Source of the DNA: Eledone cirrhosa
Taxonomy: Eukaryota
Direction of reading: 5' to 3'
DNA: 64,000 nt
NCBI GenBank assembly: GCA_964016885.1
Contig: OZ024749.1
Coordinates: 52,514,001-52,578,000 of the forward strand
Shown here: one piece after another, positions 26,100-37,371 of the stretch
How positions within the stretch are numbered: position 1 is the first letter of the stretch
How the letters are laid out: each line of letters begins with the position of its first letter
The notes under the pieces: generated by a model
Database searches by the model: none
Seen by the model: only the letters and a program-made list of their open reading frames with translations
What the model was told of the DNA's origin: nothing
Made by a program: the position numbers and the translations under genes

Positions 26100-26385
26100 G
26101 TTTATTTTTGTTGACGACTTGTAAATAGGTTTATTTACAATAGTTTATAACTTTGCCTAGTAATCGATATGATGAGCAAATCGGGCCCTACGTGCTGGAC
26201 TCTCCACAGCCCCGGCGGACAGGATGGAGAAGGCCTTTCCACGGAGGATGGTAAGGGAGATGCGCTGGAAGAGCCATTCCAACTCGCGAGGCTCACACCT
26301 GTGGCTCACCAGCTCAGCACCTATGGAGGTGAATAGGGAGGTAGCCCTAGGGCCAAGGACACCAGAAGTCTCCACTGCTAATTCT
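26100..26385 (-). mobile_element. 3' end of a CRE-clade (restriction-like endonuclease) non-LTR retrotransposon
   Basis: LAVETSGVLGPRATSLFTSIG...EPRELEWLFQRISLTILRGKAFSIL fits the AVETxG..G...QRIS.AIQRGNA C-terminal signature of CRE elements. Confidence 0.8.
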
Positions 26386-26643
26386 TCTGTTTTGCCTGGC
26401 AGAGATTTGAAATCGAATCTAAAAATGTTCGCTCCCTCTAAAATCACCTGGTGTTAGGTGTTCTTACCATTGTCCTGTAGAGGTTGGCAGGTCTGACTAT
26501 GGTCTGTCTACTATCTTTGCTGTTATCTAGTGTAATGGATTGTGAAGGCAACTTAGCCGAATAATAATAATAATGAAATTATTGTCTACAGTGCTCAGGT
26601 GCACTACAACTCATCAAAGGTGCATGTATAGTACATAGAATAA

Positions 26644-26830
26644 ATGTTTCTACTTTTGGCACAAGGTCAGCAATTACCCAGTGCATTACTGGTACTTTAT
26701 TTTATCGACCCCGTAAGGATGAAAGGTAAAGTTAACCTCGGTGGGATTTGAACTCAAACCGTAAAGGGACGTAACTCTATGCTGGAAAGCATGGTGTGTG
26801 ACCCTCTACCGATACTGCCAATCCACCACC
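26644..26830 (-). mobile_element. type B SINE with 15-bp target-site duplication
   Basis: TAGTACATAGAATAA at 26629-26643 and 26831-26845 flanks the element. Confidence 0.88.
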
Positions 26831-26948
26831 TAGTACATAGAATAATGTACAAATGTCAGGAAAGTGAATAGTGTATGAGTCATGATATACATGTGTGCAT
26901 GTGTATAGAGGGGGAACATTAGGTGTAGTGTTGGCGAATCTCAGGAAG

Positions 26949-27556
26949 CATGGAGGTTTTAAATGATGTAGTGTCTCGACAGCTAACAACTGATGCAGGG
27001 AGTTTGTTCCATGGAGGTTTTAAATGATGTAGTGTCTCGACAGCTAACAACTGATGCAGGGAGTTTGTTCCATGGAGGTTTTAAATGATGTAGTGTCTCG
27101 ACAGCTGACAACTGATGCAGGGAGTTTGTTCCATGGAGGTTTTAAAGGATGCAGTGTCTCGACAGCTGACAACTGATGCAGGTAGTTTGTTCCATGGAGG
27201 TTTTAAAGGATGCAGTGTCTCGACAGCTGACAACTGATGCAGGGTAGTTTGTTCCATGGAGGTTTTAAAGGATGCAGTGTCTCGACAGCTAACAACTGAT
27301 GCAGGTAGTTTGTTCCATGGTGGTTTTAAAGGATGCAGTGTCTCGACAGCTAACAACTGATGCAGGTAGTTTGTTCCATGGAGGTTTTAAAGGATGCAGT
27401 CTCTCGACAGCTGACAACTGATGCAGGTAGTTTGTTCCATGGAGGTTTTAAAGGATGCAGTGTCTCGACAGCTAACAACTGATGCAGGTAGTTTGTTCCA
27501 TGGAGGTTTTAAAGGATGCAGTGTCTCGACAGCTAACAACTGATGCAGGTAGTTTG
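26949..27556. repeat. 61-bp minisatellite (~10 copies) derived from the CR1 ORF end
   Basis: Unit encodes WNKLPASVVSCRDTASFKTSM on the minus strand. Confidence 0.93.
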
Positions 27557-27899
27557 CAATTCTGAGCGTGAAAAAAGTTTCCGAAAGTCATGGGAGCTGT
27601 GCTGTTTTCTGACTTTGTGCGCATGTCCATGGGTGTTAGACACATGGAAATCAAAAGGTACTCAGGGTTGTTGTTGACAAGATGGTTAATAATTTAGTGG
27701 GTGTTTACCAAGTTAGTTGCCAGACGTCGGAGCTTCAATGTATCCATGCCTAGGGAAGCAAGGCATTCAGAGTATGGTAGATGCCTGATGGAGGGTATTC
27801 GCTTGGTTGCACGTCCCTGAACACTTTCCAGGCGGTCAGTGTTCTGAGCAAAATTCCAGACTGGTGATGCAAATTCTAAATGTGGCCACACTCTATAAT

Positions 27900-28035
27900 A
27901 GTTAAGAAGTTCGCTCGGCAATCAATCGTTAGGTCCTTGGTTTGATCCCACGGCGTGGAAACTTGGCCAAGTGACATTTACCACAGCTTCGGTTCGACTC
28001 ATCACTTGTCGGTGACATTGGGTAGACTGAAACTG
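27900..28035 (+). mobile_element. type C SINE, degenerate
   Basis: GGTTTGATCCCAC B-box, TTGGCCAAGTG, GGGTAGACTGAAACT. Confidence 0.65.
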
Positions 28036-28281
28036 TGGTGATAGTGGTGGGTGGTGCTGGTGCTGGTGGTAGCAGCAGCAGTAGTAGTAGTAGTAGTGGT
28101 AGTGGTAGTAGTGGTGGTGGTGGAGGGTATTAATGATAGGTGAAGTTGGTATTGTGAAACATGATGCACACGTAGACACACACACATGTACACACACACA
28201 CACACACACACATGTAGACACACATACACACACACACATACACACACACACACACACATACACACACACGGTGGGTGTTAC

Positions 28282-28411
28282 CTATTCAACCGTGTCGTCA
28301 CCAGACCTTCTTGTCAACCAGACGCAGCGAATAAACTTAGCAACGGATCGTCCTTAGAAACCAACCAACGCCGTTGCTAAGGCGACTTCACTTGACGTAT
28401 CTAGATGTCCG

Positions 28412-28415
<4 letters not shown>
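28282..28415 (-). promoter_or_regulatory. candidate CpG-rich promoter/first exon with RFX X-box-like sites
   Basis: GTTGCTAAGGCGAC (28373-28386), half-site TAGCAAC (28338-28344), TGACGT and CCGGAA motifs; minus-strand donor AG|GTAAC at 28282/28281; unique CpG-rich island between microsatellites. Confidence 0.45.
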
Positions 28416-28468
<53 letters not shown>

Positions 28469-28739
28469 TATATATATATGATATGTGTGTGTGTCTGTCT
28501 GTCTGTCTATCTAACAGTCTGTCTGTCTGTCTGTCTGTCTAACAGTCTGTCTGTCTGTCTGTCTAACAGTCTGTCTGTCTGTCTGTCTGTCTATCTGTCT
28601 GTCTGTCTGTCTGTCTATCTGTCTGTCTGTCTATCTGTCTGTCTGTCTGTCTGTCTATCTGTCTGTCTGTCTGTCCGCCTGTCTGATAGTCGTGCTTCCG
28701 TGGTAAAAATGCGGACAGTCACACTTCATCCCGCATGCT

Positions 28740-29522
28740 GCACACACACACTGACACACACATACACTGACACACACACACACTGACACACACATACACT
28801 GACACACACATACACTGACACACACATACACTGACACACACATACACTGACACACACATACACTGACACACACATACACTGACACACACACACACTGACA
28901 CACACATACACTGATACACACACACACTGACACACACATACACTGACACACACATACACTGACACACACATACACTGACACACACACATACACTGACACA
29001 CACATACACTGACACACACATACACTGACACACACATTCACTGACACACACATACACTGACACACACATACACTGACACACACACTGACACACACACATA
29101 CACTGACACACACATACACTGACACACACACATACACTGACACACACACTGACACACACATACACTGACACACACACTGACACACACACATACACTGACA
29201 CACACATACACTGACACACACACATACACTGACACACACATACACTGACACACACATTCACTGACACACACATACACTGACACACACATACACTGACACA
29301 CACATACACTGACACACACACTGACACACACACATACACTGACACACACACACACACTGACACACACATACACTGACACACACATACACTGATACACACA
29401 CTGACACACACATACACTGACACACACATACACTGACACACACACATACACTGACACACACATACACTGACACACACATTCACTGACACACACATACACT
29501 GACACACACATACACTGACACA
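28740..29522. repeat. ~18-bp CA-derived minisatellite
   Basis: Unit CTGACACACACATACA with CA length variants. Confidence 0.95.
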
Positions 29523-29789
29523 TGTACAGACACTCTCAAAGATACACACAGAAACACACACACACACACACATGCATCGACATACACACATGGATATACA
29601 TGTACGTACGCATACACGTACGCATACACGTTCACCAGCACACGCATACATAGTTATAAACATATGCAGTTCACACAATCATGCATGTATGCACGCTCAT
29701 ATTCATTTAATGCCCAACATACACACATGCACACACACACACACATTGAGATGCACGTATATATATATACCCGCTTATATATATATCCA

Positions 29790-29825
<36 letters not shown>

Positions 29826-30171
29826 AATATATTTATATAAACCAACATATATATACCAATATATATATATATACCAATATATATATATATACCAATATAT
29901 ATATACCAATATATATATATATACCAATATATATATACCAATATATATATATACCAATATATATATACCAATATATATATATACCAATATATATATACCA
30001 ATATATATATATACCAATATATATATACCAATATATATATATACCAATATATATATACCAATATATATTTATATATATCCAATATATATATATACCAATA
30101 TATATATATACCAATATATATATAAACCAATATATATATATACTAATATATATATTCCAATATATAAACCA

Positions 30172-30206
<35 letters not shown>

Positions 30207-30219
30207 ACAACATATATAT

Positions 30220-30266
<47 letters not shown>

Positions 30267-30314
30267 AACAACATATATATAACAACATATATATATACCA
30301 ACATATATATACCC

Positions 30315-30445
30315 ATTCCTGCGATGGACTAGCGTCCCCTCCTGGGTAGGAGTCTTGTACTCTCCTCGCTTCACGCAGCTGAAACTGAAATAAGCACTAG
30401 CCTAATGAGCCTGCAGGCTCTAGACAAACTTTAACTTTTAACTTT
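30315..30445 (+). mobile_element. 3' part of a SINE with CCTGCGATGGACT domain and (ACTTT)n-like tail
   Basis: Homologous to 48668-48900 (-) and 58162-58390 (+). Confidence 0.7.
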
Positions 30446-30532
30446 TTAATATATACCCACTTAATTATATACCTCCTGGTAACAATACATCTCTTATATA
30501 TACCTAGATACATATATAGCCTCATAAACTGG

Positions 30533-32413
30533 ACAGCTGTACAGATGTCCTGCTCGACAACAGCTGTACAGATGTTATACTCTACAACAACTGTACAGAT
30601 GTTCTGCTCTACAACAACTGTACAGATGTTCTGCTCTACAACAACTGTACAGATGTTCTGCTCTACAACAACTGTACAGATGTTCTGCTCTACATCAACT
30701 GTACAGATGTTCTGCTCTACAACAGCTGTACAGATGTTCTGCTCTACAACAGCTGTACAGATGTCCTTCTCTACAACAACTGTACAGATGTTCTGCTCTA
30801 CAACAACTGTACAGATGTTCTGCTCTACAACAACTGTACAGATGTTCTGCTCTACATCAACTGTACAGATGTTCTGCTCTACAACAGCTGTACAGATGTC
30901 CTTCTCTACAACAACTGTACAGATGTTCTGCTCTACAACAACTGTACAGATGTTCTGCTCTACAACAGCTGTACAGATGTTCTGCTCTACAACAACTGTA
31001 CAGATGTTCTGCTCTACAACAACTGTACAGATGTTCTGCTCTACAACAACTGTACAGATGTTCTGCTCTACAACAGCTGTACAGATGTTCTGCTCTACAA
31101 CAACTGTACAGATGTTCTGCTCTACAACAACTGTACAGATGTTCTGCTCTACATCAACTGTACAGATGTTCTGCTCTACAACAACTGTACAGATGTTCTG
31201 CTCTACAACAACTGTACAGATGTTCTGCTCTACAACAACTGTACAGATGTTCTGCTCTACATCAACTGTACAGATGTTCTGCTCTACAACAACTGTACAG
31301 ATGTTCTGCTCTACAACAGCTGTACAGATGTCCTTCTCTACAACAACTGTACAGATGTTCTGCTCTACAACAACTGTACAGATGTTCTGCTCTACATCAA
31401 CTGTACAGATGTTCTGCTCTACAACTGTACAGATGTTCTGCTCTACAACAACTGTACAGATGTTCTGCTCTACAACAGCTGTACAGATGTTCTGCTCTAC
31501 AACAACTGTACAGATGTTCTGCTCTACAACAGCTGTACAAATGTTCTGCTCTACAACAACTGTACAGATGTTCTGCTCTACAACAGCTGTACAGTTGTTC
31601 TGCTCTACAACAGCTGTACAGATGTTCTGCTCTACAACAACTGTACAGATGTTCTGCTCTACAACAACTGTACAGATGTTCTGCTCTACAACAACTGTAC
31701 AGATGTTCTGCTCTACAACAACTGTACAGATGTTCTGCTCTACAACAGCTGTACAGATGTTCTGCTCTACAACAACTGTACAGATGTTCTGCTCTACAAC
31801 AACTGTACAGATGTTCTGCTCTACATCAACTGTACAGATGTTCTGCTCTACAACAACTGTACAGATGTTCTGCTCTACAACAGCTGTACAGTTGTTCTGC
31901 TCTACAACAACTGTACAGATGTTCTGCTCTACAACAACTGTACAGATGTTCTGCTCTACATCAACTGTACAGATGTTCTGCTCTACAACAACTGTACAGA
32001 TGTTCTGCTCTACAACAGCTGTACAGTTGTTCTGCTCTACAACAACTGTACAGATGTTCTGCTCTACAACAACTGTACAGATGTTCTGCTCTACAACAGC
32101 TGTACAGTTGTTCTGCTCTACATCAACTGTACAGATGTTCTGCTCTACAACAACTGTACAGATGTTCTGCTCTACAACAGCTGTACAGATGTTCTGCTCT
32201 ACAACAACTGTACAGATGTTCTGCTCTACAACAGCTGTACAGATGTTCTGCTCTACAACAACTGTACAGATGTTCTGCTCTACAACAACTGTACAGATGT
32301 TCTGCTCTACAACAACTGTACAGATGTTCTGCTCTACAACAGCTGTACAGATGTTCTGCTCTACAACAGCTGTACAGATGTTCTGCTCTACAACAACTGT
32401 ACAGATGTTCTGC
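30533..32413. repeat. 27-bp minisatellite (~70 copies)
   Basis: Unit CTGTACAGATGTTCTGCTCTACAACAA; explains the 9-aa periodic ORFs on both strands. Confidence 0.97.
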
Positions 32414-33769
32414 AACAGCCAGGATTTTAATAAAGAAATAACTATCTTCTTCGCTTCGTTTTGCGTTTATTTTTCCCTCTGAAAAAAACCGAACTAAATA
32501 AATAAAACTTTGTAGATTTTTACTAAAATAAAATAAAATAAATAATAAAGTGGTAAAGTTTATTACGAGGCATTGTGAGATATCTAACAAATGGCTGATA
32601 AGTTTCAGAAATGTAGGAAGCAGATTGACTACTATAAGGACTCCATGCGTGCGTATTTCAGACACGTAAACCAGTTAAGGAAGAACACATTGGTCGTTCA
32701 TTTTTAGTTTGAACTGTATAGGGAAGGAAAGGGGAGGAAGGAACGCCAGAGTGTGCATCCTCAATTTAGAGGTTGGTATATCACAACTGCGGAGAAGAGT
32801 CAGAAATGCCCGCTACATCACTCCCTCCATCTCTTGGCTACGTGTCATTTTCCATAACCTCGAGACCACACAATCTTTATGAGTGAAATTGGGTAGACTG
32901 AAACTGTTTAGAAGCCCGTCAGACGGACTGTACCTGTAATTCAAAGAACCAACCTTGTCACACACACACACACTGTGCCAGGCTGAATCTCCCTGAGAAT
33001 GACGTTAAAGCTATTCAGGTTAGTAAACGTTAATTTTAAGAGCCAGCTGTTGATTTATTTTTTAAATCGAACTGGAACACTCGTCACCGACATCGACGGA
33101 AGTCCATTCCAGCACCTGTCACCACCACCACCAAGTAGTAGCTGTTGCTACTACTACTACTAATACTGCTATTACTACTACCACCACTACCAAGTAGTAG
33201 CTGTTGCTACTACTACTACCACTATTACTACTACTAACACCACCACCACTACCACCACTTCTACTACTACTGCTGCTGCTGCTACAGCTACTATTACTAC
33301 CACCACCACCACCACCACTACTACTACTACTACTGCTGCTGCTCCTGTTACTACTACTTCTACTACTACTACCACCACCACCACCACCACCACTACTACC
33401 ACTACCACTACTACTGCTGCTGCTCCTGTTACTACTACTTCTACTACCACCACCACCACCACCACTACTACTACTACCACTACCACTAGCTTCCCCGGAT
33501 GTTACCAACACCGTGTAAACACACTACAGCCCACGTGACTCTGAAGACAAACCAAAGAAATCTATTCGGAACGCTGGAGGAGAAAGTTCCCAGTTCTATA
33601 AATAGACACACTCTTAAACACACATATATATACATACATGCACACATATATGTGTGTGAGTGTGGATATATATATCTACACACACGCACATACACACACA
33701 TCACACATAAATACACGCGTCTATTCCACCCCCACTGCCACCACCACCACTACTATCTACCTATCTACC

Positions 33770-33829
<60 letters not shown>

Positions 33830-33832
<3 letters not shown>

Positions 33833-34070
33833 AAGGAGGTGTGGTAAGGAACCAGATGGACCATAACGCACCATAGTACTCAATACTTTGGGTAGTAGAG
33901 TGGGTAATAGGAAAATGTTTAACCCCGACAGCAGAGCTCAAGCCGTTTCGACGGCTTGAAATAGCCGTCGAAACAACTTGAGCTCTGCCGTCGGGGTCAT
34001 ATTTTTTCCTATTGAGTACTCTGGTGCGTTATGGTCCATATGGTTCCTTACCACACCTCCTTTGCTTTAT
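33830..34070. mobile_element. ~240-bp fold-back element containing the 3' half of a hammerhead motif
   Basis: Outer arms AAAGGAGGTGTGGTAAGGAACC...GTACTCAATA / TATTGAGTAC...GGTTCCTTACCACACCTCCTTT; inner arms centred on GACGGCT-TGAAAT-AGCCGTC. Confidence 0.8.
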
Positions 34071-34071
34071 A

Positions 34072-34134
<63 letters not shown>

Positions 34135-34137
<3 letters not shown>

Positions 34138-34270
34138 GATGTGAGAAAAACCAACTCTACTTTTGAAAAGCAGAAGAAAGAACTGCAAAACTGTAAAGGA
34201 ACCAAATAAATATATATATTGTTTTAAAAATAAGACTCCAGTTGTATTTTCGATTTCATCTTTTTTTCTT
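34135..34270 (-). repeat. dispersed TA-embedded repeat, second copy at 43108-43250
   Basis: Shared CAACTCTACTTTTGAAAAGCAGAAGAA...GTAAAGGAACCAAATAAAT...TTTTCGATTTCATCTTTTTT. Confidence 0.8.
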
Positions 34271-34341
34271 TATATATATATATTTATTTATTTATTTATT
34301 TATAACCTGACATCTGTCTATCTATATTCTCTCTCTCTCCC

Positions 34342-34381
<40 letters not shown>

Positions 34382-34633
34382 TATCTATCTACCTACCTAT
34401 CTATCTCTCTACGGTTTGTGAATGTAGAACCAGCCAGCATCAGAGAGAGATGGTGTGTTTCAATTCTTCGCAGACGACACTCTCCATTTTTTCCCGCCTC
34501 CGGGATTACATATTATTTATAGTAATCCACTATTATTAGAGTCATTTACATTGAGAACACTACACATACACACACACGCTCGCCATCCCTCTTTTTTTCT
34601 CCATATCTCTCCCTCTCTCACTTTCTCTCCATC

Positions 34634-34705
<72 letters not shown>

Positions 34706-35068
34706 TACCCAGCCCCCATACAACGAGATAGAGGGTATGATACCATGTATAACAGTATCTACACCAAGCTGTCGCCTGCTCACATGTAGCTACATGTGCC
34801 AACCAGACGACATCAAAAGTTGAGCTTCGCTTCACTAAAGGGAAATAATTGTAATCAAAATAGCACTTAGTTCAAGGGAAGTAACTGGTCTTTAGAAAAA
34901 TAACTTCATTGTTGTTGTCAATGATGGTGGTGGTGGTGGTGGTCATAGTGATGATGGTGGAGGAGTGGTGGTTATGGTGGTGGTAGTAGTGGTGCTAATG
35001 GTGGTGGTAGAAGTGGTGCTAATAGTGATAATGGTGGAGGGGGAGTTGATGATGGTGGTGATATCTCT

Positions 35069-36427
35069 ATGACAACACCACAATTTGGTTTTATACCTGG
35101 GAAAAGTGCTACAGATGTCCTCTTCTTAGTGAGGCAACTACAAGAGAAGTTCCTAGCCAAAAATAAGCCACTATATTTAGCTTTTGTTGATCTAGAGAAG
35201 GCTTTTAACAGCATACCTCGATCTATTATCTGGTGGTCCTTAAAGAAATTAGTTGTAGGCTTGTGAGGGCAGTACAAGCCATGTACAGAGGAGCTGTGAG
35301 TAAAGTGAGAGTAGGAAATGAGTTTGACGAGGAATTCAAGGTACAGGTAGGAGTTCATCAAGGTTCAGTTCTTAGCCCACTGTTGTTCATCATAGTTCTT
35401 CAGGCCATAACAGAAGAGTTTAGAATGCGCTGTTTATGGGAAATTCTCTATGCAGCTGATTTGGTCCTTATAGTTGAAACCAAAAAATAACTAGAAAATA
35501 AATTCCAATAATGGAAACTGAATTTGGAATCAAAAGGTCTGAGAGTAAGGTGCTGGTGAGTAGGAGAGAAGAGAGGACTCAGATTCCCTCAGGGAAGTAG
35601 CCTCACTCAATATGTAGAAAAGGAGTAGACATAAACTCTATACAATGTACACAATGTAAATCTTGGATACACAAAAGATGTAGTGGGATAACAAGTAGAC
35701 TAACAGGAAGGGAGAGCTTTGCTCGTAGAAGATGCCCAGGAGGAATCGAGAAGAAGAGTACTGATGATATAAACCTTTCCCACTCACAGGAAGGATCAAT
35801 AGATGTGGTTGATAGCTTTTGCTATTTAGGTGACCTAATTAATAGCAGAAGAGGGTGTGTCGAGAGTATAATAGCTAGAATAAGGATAGGATGGAAGAAG
35901 TTTAGAGAGCTATTCCCACTGTTGACAACAAAAGGTTTCTCCCTACGTACAAAAGAAAAGCTGGATGATGTCTGTGTGTGAAGTGTGATGCTGCATGGTA
36001 GTGAAACATGGGCTGTGACTGCGGAGGACTTGTCTAGACAGGAGAGAAATGAAACAACCATGCTTTGTTGGATGTGAAACGTAAATATGAGAGAAAGGCA
36101 GAGCTTGGACAAGCTGAGAGAGAAGCTGGGTTTAAGAGGAATCTGAGATGGGGTGCAGGAGAGAAGATTGCATTGGTGTGAATATGTGATGTACATGGAT
36201 GGTGATTGCTGGGTAAAGAAGTGCCAGGAAATCCGAGTTGAAGGAGGCTGCAGTAGAGAACGACCAAGAAAGACCTGGGCAGAGGTGGTGAGAGTGAACC
36301 TCAAATTGCTAAGACTGGCAGAGGAGATGATGAAGGAATGCAACAAATGGAGAGATGCCTTGCAGAGAAGGACCTGTCCAACCCATGCAAGCATGGAAAA
36401 GTGGACGCAAAAACAATGATGATGATA
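35069..36427 (+). mobile_element. decayed 5'-truncated RTE (BovB-like) LINE
   Basis: QFGFIPGKSATD, FVDLEKAFNSIPR, GVHQGSVLSPLLF, LYAAD (mutated YADD), FCYLGD, LHGSETW, RPRKTW; stops and frameshifts; 3' end ACCCATGCAAGCATGGAAAAGTGGACG..(ATG)n. Confidence 0.92.
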
Positions 36428-36469
36428 TAACACTATTTTGTTGTTGTTATAATAAAAACATTTAAAAGT

Positions 36470-36700
36470 GGTGGACTGGCAGTGTCGGTAGAGCGTCGGA
36501 CACCCTGCTTTGCAGCAAAGAGTTATAGCCCTTTACATTCCAAGTTCAAATCTCACTGAGGTTAGTTTTGTTTTTCATGCTTACGGGATCGATAAAAAAA
36601 AGTACCAGTCATGCACTGGGGTCAATTTTGTCAACTTTTTCATCCCTCAAAATTGCTGGCCTTGTGCCTAAATCAGAAACCATTTTTATTATTATTATAA
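36470..36700 (+). mobile_element. type B SINE, full length
   Basis: TGGCAGTGTCGGTAGAG A-box, AGTTCAAATC B-box, central domain, GGCCTTGTGCCTAAATCAGAAACC + (TTA)n tail. Confidence 0.82.
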
Positions 36701-36874
36701 ACATTTGGTGTAAATAAACACATCAGATCTCGTTGAATAATAACGAAATATTGGAGTTTGACCCCTGCCATCATCCTAGCTTTTTATATATTTCCAGATA
36801 TGACACAACTATGACAAGTACACTTACACCCTTCTTGGAAATTAACTCCCATTTCTCAATGGAAAACATTTTCT

Positions 36875-37102
36875 AAACCCTTTACCATTTACATTACTCT
36901 ATATTTACTATTGTGTTTCCATGGTAAACACTTTATCTTACATAATTATCTCACATAATATGGAATCTACGAGATTTTGATATTATTTATTTTGAGAAGA
37001 ATACCTTAACATAAGTGTGAGCAGCCGGTTATGGCCAGATTTAACAGAAAAAGGTGAGAGAATTCTGGCCAAATATGGCCGGTTTAAATACTAATGGGTT
37101 AA
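36875..37102. mobile_element. piggyBac-like MITE
   Basis: Ends AACCCTTTACCATTTA ... TAAATACTAATGGGTTAA (imperfect TIR, TTAA at the right end); second copy at 11088. Confidence 0.6.
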
Positions 37103-37371
37103 GTTAGTTTTACTGGGATTTTCAATAACAAAAACATTTAACACTTTCCTGTCCCCACATTAGGACCCCACATCGGGATTCATTTCCCTATCGAATGTTA
37201 ACATGGAAGGAAAATATGCTCCCTACTCTCACCAATATCTAGGGTTCACATCCCCTAATTCACGTCCCTTGTCAAACCCATGCCAACATTGAAAGCCAGA
37301 CATGCCTCACAATATACAACTAGACACAACTCCCTCTCTTCTAGGCCTCCCACTTCTCTGAAGAGGGTATG

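Larger units (their letters stand above)
26560..27900 (-). mobile_element. 3' end of a CR1-clade LINE, with nested SINE and internal tandem array
   Basis: VWPHLEFASPVWN, LESVQGRATKRIP, YSECLASLGMDTLKLRRL, WNKLPASVV...SFK; (ATT)n tail at ~26560-26575. Confidence 0.88.

Noticed and set aside
30397-32482. 645-672 aa ORFs on both strands (antifreeze/solenoid-like 9-mers)
   Set aside because: 27-bp minisatellite open on both strands; no signal peptide, splice context or synonymous-site bias evident
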